Assembly (NCBI GenBank): GCA_002811645.1
Contig: PDIP01000045.1
Span: 147,827 to 211,826 of the forward strand
DNA length: 64,000 bases
Reading direction: 5' to 3'
Source of the DNA: Corallochytrium limacisporum Hawaii
Lineage: Eukaryota; Protista; Pluriformea
Part shown: piece by piece, positions 32,258 to 42,471 of the stretch
Layout of the letters: the number at the start of each line of letters is the position of its first letter
Position numbering within the stretch: the stretch's first letter is position 1
Notes under the pieces: generated by a model
What the model was told of the DNA's origin: nothing
Seen by the model: the letters and a program-made list of their open reading frames with translations, nothing else
The model's database searches: none
Translations under genes and position numbers: made by a program

Positions 32258-35179
32258 TTACACATTGCCGTAGATCGCTTCGTCCCCCCTGCTCTGGTTC
32301 TTCATCTTGTAGATCCTGTCCTTCTCGTCGATGGAGTCAATGATTTGTAGGAGCTTGTCCTTGGAACCCTGGCTGCTCTGTTGGATGAGCGCACGGTGGC
32401 GCAGACCGAAGCGTGTTATGCCAGCCAGATCCCGGGCCGGGATAACGCGGTCGAAAACACCCAGATTTGGGTACTTCGGCATTTCCGCAACAGCTTGCAG
32501 GAATGCCTCCATTTCCTTCAAGTTACTCGCAATAAATACGTTTGCATCCTTGAGGAAGCCTTCCTTGTCTCCGAATTCCACCAGATTGGCGAGACTCTGC
32601 ATGCACTTGGCTGTCAGGGTGAGGTTGCGCGCCAACTGATCGGTGGGATGATCATCCATCATGTTGAACAACTTCGGGTTCAAGATAGCTGGGCAGAATA
32701 AGCGCAGAAACAAGAAGCCCGTGATGCAAGTGTAGAACACATGTACATCATCGTAGGTGTCCATGATGTCCTTGCGGATCGTATTGAAGATGATCCGCAG
32801 CTCCGTTGGCAATTCGTCTACGCTCCATCGGATACCCATCCACAGCTTCTGCAGATACTTGATCAAAAGGTTCATGTTACCCTGGACAGTCCCACCGGAC
32901 TGTTTGATCCGCGAAGGATCAACTTCGAAGCTGACCTTTGATTCCGCAATCTCCTGAATGACATGCTTGATGCAACCGTGTAAGTAGTCCATGGCAATCA
33001 TCTTCATCAGCTGATCCATGCACTTGGATGCTAGGCTGTTGCCACGGAATAGAGTGTTTGGGTCCTTTGTAGATTTAATTTCCTGGGAAATCAGCTTAAT
33101 GATCATGGGCAGGAGTTCTTGCTTGGCTCTAAAGATACGTACCAGATGACGAGCAAGAACATCACGGTCCTTACCAACTTCCTCAAGGATCTGTAGAGTC
33201 TCTAGACTTTCGTCCATCACTGATGCCTCCAGCTCTTCGTACTCAAAGAGTGGCAGAATATGCTCGTGCTCGAGGACAGTCCTGATGCGAATGTCACCGA
33301 TGACGTCACCGTCGCTTGTGCTCGGAATCTTGTACCATTTCTCCCTGGTCGTGGAGTTTGAAGTGTCGGACAGATTTGCCACAGATAGGACCAGTTCACC
33401 CGCCCGCGCATCCTTTCCCAGTCGATTGCGATTTTTGACTTCGAAGCTGATTGTTCGGATGTCCGGAGATACGTCTGAAAACACAAAGGTTTCAGCCCAA
33501 CGGGCATTCTTCACCGGTTTGGGCTGAGTACGGGCAATAAGAATGCCGTTGATAGAAATGAGGATGTAAGGCTGAGTCATGGACTTTGAAAAGTTCTTTC
33601 CATCACCAATGGTGATGGTGAGGCTGAGCATTCGCTGCACACCCATTGGATCCGGTACAGATGGCCTAAAGACATGGCTGCAGAATTTGGCAAGCGCATC
33701 CACCCACTTCTCCTTCAATAGTTCATCATTGGCTGCGAGGTAGATACTTTCATGCTCTTCTCCAATGTGCAGAACAACCTGGAAACAGTTCAGCCGCCCA
33801 AACACAGATGGGTGCACGTCGCATACACTGGCGAACGACAGATCGATGATACCTTTCGGTTTCAATGAGTCCGGTTTCTCAAAACAGTACAACAATTTCT
33901 TGGTGCCCATAATTCCAAAGTAGAAATTCTTCCATTTCTTGCTGCGGGGCTCCCTCTTGGACAGGTAGCCATCCACAATATACTTTGACCTCCTGGCAGC
34001 ACTTGGCTTTGCAGGAGAAAGTGTGTCTGTGTTTGGTGGTGCAATATTCTCAGTGGATGTCGCTGTGCTAGAAGGCCCAGAGATGGATACCTCCGCTAGC
34101 TTCAGTGTCGATGCTTCGACACCTAGTGTTGTGGGCTTGGAGCTATCAGTATTTGGTCCCTTGGCCAGTGCCTGAACAAGAATCTGGCCCTTGTAAAGAG
34201 GTGTGTTGTTGTAGCGGTCAATCACTCCCTGTATAGTAGCAAACTTTCGGCCACCGCACAAGTACTGTCCCTCCTTGAATTCCAATTTAAAATGCTTGAC
34301 GTGATCACTCATCCGCAGACTAACTGCGTAGTCTCCGGCAGTGGTAGTGCTTTCCCGTACTAAGTAGTAGCCCGGTTGCGTTTCTGCCATCAAGACATGT
34401 TCCGCTTTCTTGCGGTCAATCTTACCCCACATGTACTGCTCGGCCTGGTTGAACTCAGGTCCAGCTGCAACTGCATTGTCCACTCTGTCTGTGCCTGTAG
34501 ACGCACCCATTCCCACTTCAAGCTTGCCGACGGGAACAAAACCGCTCTGTGAGGGGTCCTCAACCTTTCTTACGAACCAAAAGTCATCCGTAGCTTTCTT
34601 TACCAATTCCACAATGTCCCCCTTCTCGAGGCTGAGTTCGTCTGTACTGCCAGCAACGTGAGCCACAACAGCACGGAAACGCTGCTTGCTGATGCCTGAC
34701 ATTTTCTTTGCCTTCGATGCTGGTGGTGCAATCGGCTTGCCCAACCGTACGCCGTCACTAAGGGACTTGCGCATGTAGTTCCCGACCAGGCATTGGAGGT
34801 TTGGATACTGTCGATTTCCCATGTAGAATTCCCCGCAGTCCTCGATTATCTTGAAATGTCGGATGCCTCGCTTGGTCACCACTGAGAGGCTATAGTCTCC
34901 GGGTGTCCTAACACTCTCCCTGACCAGATACGATCCAACGGGCTGGGACTTCAGAGCCTCCATTGCCTCACTCCTATCTGCTGATCCGTGGAAGAAATCT
35001 GTTTGAGGTGGTGCCAGGGACTCCAAGCGGGCCAGTTTCTCCTCGTGGTCAACGCCATCGTGCTCTAAATCAAAGTCATCGTCTTCTGTGACAATCGAAT
35101 TAGAGTTGTAGTTCTCCAAGGAATCCAGATACGACTCCAGAAACGTATACAGGGAGTCTGTGTACGATACGTCCCCCAT
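32258..35179 (-). CDS. RASA1: p120 RasGAP (SH2-SH3-SH2-PH-C2-RasGAP)
   Basis: Two YLVRES SH2 domains flanking an SH3 (DELSLEKGD, GFVP); PH (PKGIIDL), C2, arginine finger TLFRGNSLASK, FLRLFCPAILNP; first ATG at 35179. Confidence 0.95.
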   Translation of the reverse strand: MGDVSYTDSLYTFLESYLDSLENYNSNSIVTEDDDFDLEHDGVDHEEKLARLESLAPPQTDFFHGSADRSEAMEALKSQPVGSYLVRESVRTPGDYSLSVVTKRGIRHFKIIEDCGEFYMGNRQYPNLQCLVGNYMRKSLSDGVRLGKPIAPPASKAKKMSGISKQRFRAVVAHVAGSTDELSLEKGDIVELVKKATDDFWFVRKVEDPSQSGFVPVGKLEVGMGASTGTDRVDNAVAAGPEFNQAEQYMWGKIDRKKAEHVLMAETQPGYYLVRESTTTAGDYAVSLRMSDHVKHFKLEFKEGQYLCGGRKFATIQGVIDRYNNTPLYKGQILVQALAKGPNTDSSKPTTLGVEASTLKLAEVSISGPSSTATSTENIAPPNTDTLSPAKPSAARRSKYIVDGYLSKREPRSKKWKNFYFGIMGTKKLLYCFEKPDSLKPKGIIDLSFASVCDVHPSVFGRLNCFQVVLHIGEEHESIYLAANDELLKEKWVDALAKFCSHVFRPSVPDPMGVQRMLSLTITIGDGKNFSKSMTQPYILISINGILIARTQPKPVKNARWAETFVFSDVSPDIRTISFEVKNRNRLGKDARAGELVLSVANLSDTSNSTTREKWYKIPSTSDGDVIGDIRIRTVLEHEHILPLFEYEELEASVMDESLETLQILEEVGKDRDVLARHLVRIFRAKQELLPMIIKLISQEIKSTKDPNTLFRGNSLASKCMDQLMKMIAMDYLHGCIKHVIQEIAESKVSFEVDPSRIKQSGGTVQGNMNLLIKYLQKLWMGIRWSVDELPTELRIIFNTIRKDIMDTYDDVHVFYTCITGFLFLRLFCPAILNPKLFNMMDDHPTDQLARNLTLTAKCMQSLANLVEFGDKEGFLKDANVFIASNLKEMEAFLQAVAEMPKYPNLGVFDRVIPARDLAGITRFGLRHRALIQQSSQGSKDKLLQIIDSIDEKDRIYKMKNQSRGDEAIYGNV

Positions 35180-36434
35180 GGCGTCAAGAGATGTGTATGC
35201 TATGTGTTCTTTATCAATATTCTTACTTAATTTCACTTCTTTCCTGTTGAAAATCTGTTCCGCATAATATAGATTCCCTGCACAGACCCGTTATCTATAG
35301 TGTTGATTTGACTGATCATTCGTTTCTAAGTAGTGCAGTACTCAACGGTTGCGCTGCCTAAGGACCTGATCACTGTTCTTCGGTTTCCACACCGTTTTGG
35401 TCCATGGTACATCATTGAAAGGCTGAATTCAGTACAGTAACTAAGACAGTACTTAGACAAGTCGTAGCTAGCGGCTAGCAGTAATTGATGGCTCCGTTGC
35501 TACTAGTAAAGAAACAGCGATAAAAGGACCACCCTCTACTCACACAAGCGCGCTGACGACGGGTCTCTTAACGCCGCTTCCCCCGGCGATAGGAGAAAGG
35601 GGGAAAGTGCCTGGTTGGTAGCTGCAGAGGTCCGTTGCTCTGGCTTTGCGCGCCCGTCGTTGCGGAAGACCAGGTGTGCGAGGGGGGTACACCCCTTCCT
35701 CAGCGGGGCGCGTATAAGGGTGGGGCTAAGCTTTGCAGGCAAAAGACTGGCACTCTCACCCACCCTGCTCGATACTATCCTCCACTTGCTGGTTTTCAGG
35801 GGTTGTTCTGGGCCGCGGCCATACCCACTTGAAGGTCTTGTGGGTACAGTGTATGGTATGCGACGAACACAGCAAGCCCAAAAGAGTGGGTTTGTGGGCG
35901 GCACTGCCGCACTGCTCATGATCCACAACGAAAAGTTTTTGGGGGAGAAGGAACAGGCAAAGGGTTTGCTGTAAGTACGTTCACCATGGAAAAGCGGCCC
36001 CTGAGCTCTCATACGGGACCACCATTGGTTGAAAACTATCCAATTAAAAACTTCGCAATATTTTATTGATTAGAGAATTTTGGTATTTATATATCCGGGA
36101 TCTGGAACTTTAGACCTCGAGATAAGTCGGTGTTTGGCTTCCGCTGTAGGCAGCGAGTTCCCTGTGCGCCTGTGGACCCAACTTGCAGGCGGTCCTGCAG
36201 TGGCTACGCTCGGTATAAGAGAAGTGAACGAATCCCACTTTTCAGTGTTTTTATAAGCATACAAACGTATATTTACAAGCGAAAGACATAATTGACAGAA
36301 CTTATCCGAGAAATGTCTCCTTATTCAAAGTAGATCCACTGTGGATAAACATACGCACAACAAGCCCGTAGGACTACAGGGTATAGTAGACCGGCTTTGA
36401 AAGACCACAAATTAGAATTTTAAGCCAGTGAATC

Positions 36435-37229
36435 ATGGCACCTTGTATCATTCAAGATGGTGGGGTGCACTTGGAGGCATACCTAGCTCTAGCAAAGGGA
36501 ACACAGGGAGCCGCTATTTCTGATATTATAGTACGCGCGACTGAGGATCCGCAGGTCTTTTGCTTTGGTGAGTTGCTCGATGTCAAGGGCGTCCAAGACC
36601 TGAGAGACACTGTTCATAATAAGTTCTTGAATCTCTTGGAACTCTTTGCATACGGAACGTATACTGACTTCAAGGCCAGCCAGGGTGAGGGAATAGATTT
36701 GCCGGACTTGACTCCATGTCAACTCACAAAACTTCGTATTTTGACGATTATGTCGCTGGCGGCCAGGGACAAGCAAATTTCCTATGCGACACTTCTGCAA
36801 GGCCTGGATCTTGAAAGCAACCGCCAGCTGGAAGAACTACTAATTGAAGCCATCCATGCCGAAACTCTGGATGCTCGTTTGGACCAAAAGTACCAGCGCC
36901 TTCACATTAATGGTGTGATGGGCCGTGATGTCCGGGAGCAGGACATGGAACGTCTGTACCAGAGCCTAGAAGGTTGGTGCAGTACAACAAAGGATCTGCT
37001 CGTGGGAATAGAGGAACAGATTAATGTGGCGAGGTCTGTGAAGGATGGTCGCTTGCAGCGGCAGAAGGCCCTGCAGGATCAGGTGGAGGTCATGAAGCAA
37101 AGGTTGCGGCAAATCGACGAAAGCAGGGAGAATCGTGGTGACCAGTACCACAGCTATGAATACATGGAAGCTGAGGCACGGAACAAACGTCGGGAACCCA
37201 AAATGAAAGGAGCAAAGTTAAATGCGTAA
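36435..37229 (+). CDS. COPS7: COP9 signalosome subunit 7
   Basis: ATEDPQVFCFGELL, LLELFAYGTY, KLRILTIMSLA, RQLEELLIEAI, ARLDQ, GRDVR (PCI domain). Confidence 0.92.
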   Translation: MAPCIIQDGGVHLEAYLALAKGTQGAAISDIIVRATEDPQVFCFGELLDVKGVQDLRDTVHNKFLNLLELFAYGTYTDFKASQGEGIDLPDLTPCQLTKLRILTIMSLAARDKQISYATLLQGLDLESNRQLEELLIEAIHAETLDARLDQKYQRLHINGVMGRDVREQDMERLYQSLEGWCSTTKDLLVGIEEQINVARSVKDGRLQRQKALQDQVEVMKQRLRQIDESRENRGDQYHSYEYMEAEARNKRREPKMKGAKLNA

Positions 37230-37344
37230 AGATATAGAGATGTATGTTTTAATAAGTATGTAGTTTTGTTGGATATATTATGTCAGTGATAGCTATGGTT
37301 ACAATGTCAGTTTTCTGCGCTTGCGGTAGCGCTTTCTACGCCTC

Positions 37345-38364
37345 TTATGCTTTCTTTTCGGGCCATGCAGAACTCCCATCGCTTTTGGATTCATCAGTCT
37401 TCATGACATCTTTGTAAGTGCCCAGATCGACGGCTTCGTCACCATCATTAATGTCCATTTTTTCGATTCCATCGTCACTGGAGGAGTCAGACTCCTCAGA
37501 GGAGAAGGGCAGATTCTTCATCTCATCTATCCGAGCAAGTTCTTTTTGAATGTACTTGACCACACGCTTGCGTTTTGACCGGACCACATCGTTGCCGTGA
37601 GTCTCAATACTGTCCAGAGCCACCAGTTTCTTTGTCAAGAGCTCTTCGTACCAGAGTAGGTTCTTGGAGACTCCCTTCTCGTTTCGTCCACGGCCCAGGA
37701 GGCCCATTTCGTACTGGCCACGCAGCATGCACAGGTCATCACGAATCTTGTGGATGGTCTGCAATGACTTCTTGGCGAGCAGAGCACGCTTGCGCTTCAC
37801 GATACTAAGCAGCCACTGCTCGATGATGTCGATTGCCATTACTTCTCTGTCCTGTTGAAGCCTGCTCTGGTATGCCCTCCAGGCCCGCTGGATCTTGCGT
37901 GCAGCAATCCGCTGCCTGAGAAGTTCTGCCTGTGCCTTGATACGACGCTCCAGGGCGTCTACCAGCGACTTTTTGCTGGCAGAGTCCTTACGGACCTGCT
38001 TTTGCTGTTGCTTTGGTACCCGCACCTGCCTGTGAATGGGAATCTGCCGACGATCGTGGTTTGGGCTGCGTCGTGGAGTTGACACCTCCTCGACCTCCTC
38101 ATCACTTTGTTCTTGAGGAGTCACAACTCTCCGCTGGGGTGTGCGTGAGTGGTACTGTTGTCTGTTGGGCCGCAACTGCGCAGGCTCTTCTTCGTACATG
38201 CGGTCGTCGTCGTCTTCTTCGACTGGGACTCTGTAAACACCATACGGAGTTCTGACCAATCTCGTTTGTTGTGGCCGATGGCGAGGCTGTCCATATACAT
38301 CACCGCCAAACATGTCGGCCCAGGGATCAGCTCCCCGTCCACTGAAACCAAATGGAGAAAACAT
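37345..38364 (-). CDS. BAG-domain Hsp70 co-chaperone with IQ motif
   Basis: AARKIQRAWRAYQSR IQ motif; YEELLTKKLVALDSIETHGNDVVRSKRKRVVKYIQKELARIDEMK BAG helices. Confidence 0.85.
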   Translation of the reverse strand: MFSPFGFSGRGADPWADMFGGDVYGQPRHRPQQTRLVRTPYGVYRVPVEEDDDDRMYEEEPAQLRPNRQQYHSRTPQRRVVTPQEQSDEEVEEVSTPRRSPNHDRRQIPIHRQVRVPKQQQKQVRKDSASKKSLVDALERRIKAQAELLRQRIAARKIQRAWRAYQSRLQQDREVMAIDIIEQWLLSIVKRKRALLAKKSLQTIHKIRDDLCMLRGQYEMGLLGRGRNEKGVSKNLLWYEELLTKKLVALDSIETHGNDVVRSKRKRVVKYIQKELARIDEMKNLPFSSEESDSSSDDGIEKMDINDGDEAVDLGTYKDVMKTDESKSDGSSAWPEKKA

Positions 38365-38460
38365 GTTGATTGCTTTCTGTTTTGTTTTGAATGTTTGAAT
38401 TCAGTAAAACACAATTTGGGTGATTACACCTCTTACCCGTAGTCTACCTTCACTGGTCCC

Positions 38461-38468
38461 TTTAAATA
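38461..38468 (-). promoter_or_regulatory. TATA-like box (TATTTAAA) of the BAG gene
   Basis: Minus strand reads ggTATTTAAAggg about 100 bp upstream of the ATG. Confidence 0.45.
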
Positions 38469-38837
38469 CCCATACTGATCACCTCCACAACGTGTCACTT
38501 ATGCTTGGCTGACTGCTACAGCTATCTCATGTTGTTCGACCGCACTACACACATCCAACCACCAATGCGCCCATTCCAACTTGAAGCCTGTTCGTGATCA
38601 AAGGCCACCGTCATATCGCACCGGGCGTTACCCGTCCGAACCCGTAATCGGTAGGCAGCATTCAGTCCTCTCCGCCCAAGACTCTCTCTCGCAATTTTAC
38701 CAGAGTACCCGAGAAATATGAGAAAGGGGCTGACACTCTGTAGACGCCTCAACCCATAGGCTTTTAAGTATGGAAACTCTAGTGTATGCGTTTCCTAGTC
38801 TTTTGTGGACCTTTCCTTCAGGTCAACCTTATGGTCC

Positions 38838-38872
38838 CGAACCTTCGAGATCGTTCGGGGCGATTCGGGAAC
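38838..38872. promoter_or_regulatory. Heat-shock element (7 alternating nGAAn/nTTCn units)
   Basis: cGAAc cTTCg aGATc gTTCg gGGCg aTTCg gGAAc: 5 perfect and 2 imperfect units in phase, about 475 bp upstream of the BAG gene. Confidence 0.7.
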
Positions 38873-39412
38873 AAAAATGACCCGCAGCCACCCCCAGCCC
38901 TCGGCTTCATCCCTATTTTTGCCATAGAGAACTGGTGCTCTGGGAACACCAAAAGGTAAACAGGGAGGGTAAAAAATTTGAAACGAAAAATGTGAAAAAT
39001 TTTCGTCGAAACTCCCGAACCGTCACGCCCTGCCCCGGTCCCGAATTTAGTACTGACTATACCAATAAAATTGAAGACAACACCCAAGCCGTCGCTGGAA
39101 GGACTGTGCAGTACTCCCAGTACCGCCGCCGGCACTCGAAATGGAGTGCGTCTATAAATGGCTGTATTGTAATTTCTTGCCAAAAGAGATACAGTGTCCA
39201 CCTTCTTAGGGAAGAGTTCTCATCGGCGAAGCCGCACAGGGGCGAAGCCGCACAGGGACACACGCACACTCGGGACAGACGGTTGGATGTACACAGTGCA
39301 CCCTAAGGAATTGATCAAGTAGGAGAGATGGATGCTATGCTCATGTCTATATTCTTAATTTGGTACAGATGCAGGGACACGCATTGATTGACTGTGGATT
39401 TCCTATACCGGC

Positions 39413-40204
39413 TTATAGTAGAGCGGGAATGAGAGCTTTGCGGTGCCTGGGGTAGGTTGAAAACTTGCGCCGGTAGTAGTCATGGTGCTGGACCGCCCGG
39501 GGGGCAAGGTTCGCTGCCACAAAGATAGCAAAGGCAGCTGCTGGTAGAGTACCCGCACAAATTGCGTACCCCATCCACTCGACAATCTCGCCAAAGTAAT
39601 TGGCCCCGCTGACGTACTCGAACATGCCACCTTTTGGAATCCCGTAGTCGGCGCTGGAGTAAAACCGAAGATTGATCAAATGATAGTCCGCGTGGATGTT
39701 GATTGCCATACCGACAAAAAAAGTTATTGTTCCGATAACAATGCAAGCTGTTCCATACTGGCGCTTGTCTTGACTGAGAGGATGCTCAAAGGCTGAAGCA
39801 CACTGCATGTAGCCATTGTATAGGCAAAATGACATCGCCATCATCATGATCCAGAACGGCGTCTGGTTGTTGGACCGCAAGTGGAGCGGATAAATGAGAG
39901 CTCTGTGAATGTAGTGGAAAATGAACAAAATGAGAGGCCATTTGTCCAAAACGCTCGAGAACTCCACCGTGGAGACAACAATCAAAGGAATAAAAAGCGC
40001 TGGCGCCTCCTGCAATAACCACGCCAAGCGTGCTGGTACCCCAAACCCCCAGATCCGACCAGGCTGGGTATACCGGCCATACGGTGCCTCGAAATAATTC
40101 AATAGAACCTGCACCAAGAGAGCAGTGAGAATCATGGCGGCCCCCAAAAGATCGGAAGTCAAAGAGAACCCGAAATGCTCCTGCGTGTACCCTACCAGCA
40201 CCAT
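39413..40204 (-). CDS. 3-oxo-5-alpha-steroid 4-dehydrogenase (SRD5A1/2, DET2 family)
   Basis: APYGRY, AWLLQEAP, HYIHRALIYP, INIHAD, YGIPKGGMFEYVSGANYFGEIVEW, RKALIP. Confidence 0.95.
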   Translation of the reverse strand: MVLVGYTQEHFGFSLTSDLLGAAMILTALLVQVLLNYFEAPYGRYTQPGRIWGFGVPARLAWLLQEAPALFIPLIVVSTVEFSSVLDKWPLILFIFHYIHRALIYPLHLRSNNQTPFWIMMMAMSFCLYNGYMQCASAFEHPLSQDKRQYGTACIVIGTITFFVGMAINIHADYHLINLRFYSSADYGIPKGGMFEYVSGANYFGEIVEWMGYAICAGTLPAAAFAIFVAANLAPRAVQHHDYYRRKFSTYPRHRKALIPALL

Positions 40205-40860
40205 GATTCCGGGATCACCGTCCTAGTTTTCGCCCCAGCCGAATGTTATCGTCCTCCACGACATTCACATAAGCTTTCAAGGTTCGCGTTATCCTCCTGA
40301 AATGAACCCATCCTAATACCACATCTAGGACCCCACACTCCATCTCCATTCTCGGGAACGTCGTCGCGACCACCCGTTACTGGCGTCACTCGTTAGTGAA
40401 CCGCAGGACGGAGGAGCCTCCCCCTTCCAATAACCTAACCTCGGCGGGAGTTTTCAGTACACAGTTTTATTTACCTCGTCTCGGCCACCGGGGCGCGTGA
40501 GTACGTATTGAAACTACCAGTGCACTGGGAAGGGCGGTCAATTCCGTAATTCTGAGTGGGAATTCGGCCCCACAACTCAGGTGGGGGAGGGGGGGTGCGG
40601 GGTTTGGGGTGGGTCATTTTTGACAGCCACCTGCAGTATGAGTAATGGAGTGGTGAGCAAATCCGGCAGCCATGACACATTCGTGTGAGGTTGTTTCTCG
40701 CTCGGACCTTTGACATGGTATTTGGGCTGGTATGTGGTAACAAGCATTGCTTTTTCATACTGAATCAGTCGCAGACTGAAGTAGTTTCGCCGTACACGGA
40801 GACAAGGTGATCATGTGAGCTGGACCAGACCAGTTAGAGTCTCGAGCTTGGGAGCAAAAC

Positions 40861-42471
40861 ATGTCAAAACCAGTGGTGATCATTGGAGGTGGCGTTGCCG
40901 GCCTGTCCATGGCTTACTATTTGCGTACATTGCCAGTCAAGGCAGGTTTAGTCCGCCCATCTGTTGTACTACTAGAGTCTGAACAGAAGGATCGCTTCGG
41001 TGGATGGCTCCATTCAATTAAGACGGACAAAGGCTTCACCTTCGATCTGGGACCACGGTCTTTCCGACCCGTAGGAGTAGTAGGTCTGAACCTTCTGGAT
41101 CTGGCGCATCAGGTAGGAAAAGCTGACAGTGTAATCGGAGCTGACGACAGCGATCCAGCATCCAAGGATCGATATGTCTATATCAAGGGAAAGTTAAACA
41201 AATTGCCAAATGGACCTTTTGATCTCTTGTTTCGTAGCAATGCCGCATCCCAGGGATTGTTGTCAGCTGCGCTCAAGGAACCGTTCAAGCCAAGACGGCT
41301 GTGTAGTGAGTATGAGGATACGGAGACGGTCTTTGAGTTCTTTGAGAGGAGGTTCAGCAACCACGTTGCGACGTATCTAGCGGACCCACTCTGCCACGGA
41401 GTGTTTGCCAATTCTGCCCGCAATCTGTCGTTGAGGTCATGCTTCCCTATCCTGCACACCGCAGAACAGATGTCAGGGTCTGTGATTAAGCATTTTATTG
41501 GTGGCAATGCCAAGAAACTTGCAGAACAAGAGATGGTGGGCTGGGAGCCTAGTTCCCCAGAGGCCGCCGGATTGATCGACCGGATCACCAAGAAACGAGC
41601 GTGGTCCTTCAAGAACGGTGCTGGTGAGCTGGCTGAGGGTCTGTATAACTTCCTGAAGAACGACACAGGAGTACAACTTCGCAGTGGAGTAAAGGCAGAT
41701 TACATCACGATCAACAAGGCACCACCCAGGCAGAACAAAGGAGGTATTGTGGGTCTGACGACGGGAGAGGAAGTAGAAGGCTCCACTATCGTGTCCGCAG
41801 TATCGGCCTTTGAGACCGGTGCCTTGATTGAGAAGGGTATGGAACGTGCCGACGCACGTCATCGGTTAGACAATCTCGCGCTTTACCTGCAGACCATTCG
41901 GTCAATTACATGCGGTGTGGTCAATATTGGCTACAATAAGCCCGTGCGAACGGTTCTCGGCGACAAGCGTGGCTTTGGATACTTGATCCCGGACGCTGAA
42001 GAACAGGATGCTCTTGGAGTCGTGTTTGACACCTGTACGTTCCCCGAAGTAGACAACGGAGAGCAGATGCGCCTGACAGTCATGATGGGAGGACATCGTT
42101 ACACTCAGAAGTTTGGCCGTGCTGGCGATGACGAAGCCCAGCGGCGTGCGCTCGAAGACGCCGCCCTGAAGACGATCCGAAACCACCTGAACATTGAAGC
42201 AGAACCTGATGATATCGTGGTCAACATCCAGAAGGACTGTATTCCGACCTATTCTACAGGTCACAAGTCCAATTTGATCGCCATCAAGCGTAATTTGCTA
42301 AACCTAAACGGTGCGTTGGTCATCGGTGGCTCATCATATCAGGGGCCTGCCGTAAATGACATAGTCATGAACTCGCGTCGCAGTGCTCAGAGGATCCTCA
42401 GCGATGCTTACATCTGCACTGGTCTCCATGGTCTTGGGATGATGTCTGGGACCACAACTAAAGTGGTTTAA
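40861..42471 (+). CDS. PPOX: Protoporphyrinogen oxidase
   Basis: IIGGGVAGLS FAD motif, GGWLHS, LGPRSFRP, GFGYLIP, LGVVFD, RLTVMMGG, CIPTY..GH, GSSYQGPAVND. Confidence 0.95.
   Translation: MSKPVVIIGGGVAGLSMAYYLRTLPVKAGLVRPSVVLLESEQKDRFGGWLHSIKTDKGFTFDLGPRSFRPVGVVGLNLLDLAHQVGKADSVIGADDSDPASKDRYVYIKGKLNKLPNGPFDLLFRSNAASQGLLSAALKEPFKPRRLCSEYEDTETVFEFFERRFSNHVATYLADPLCHGVFANSARNLSLRSCFPILHTAEQMSGSVIKHFIGGNAKKLAEQEMVGWEPSSPEAAGLIDRITKKRAWSFKNGAGELAEGLYNFLKNDTGVQLRSGVKADYITINKAPPRQNKGGIVGLTTGEEVEGSTIVSAVSAFETGALIEKGMERADARHRLDNLALYLQTIRSITCGVVNIGYNKPVRTVLGDKRGFGYLIPDAEEQDALGVVFDTCTFPEVDNGEQMRLTVMMGGHRYTQKFGRAGDDEAQRRALEDAALKTIRNHLNIEAEPDDIVVNIQKDCIPTYSTGHKSNLIAIKRNLLNLNGALVIGGSSYQGPAVNDIVMNSRRSAQRILSDAYICTGLHGLGMMSGTTTKVV

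Noticed and set aside
38377-38436. Possible 5' UTR intron (GTAAGA...AACAG) in the BAG gene
   Set aside because: The donor lies only about 25 bp downstream of the TATA-like box, at or before the expected TSS; no clear branch point
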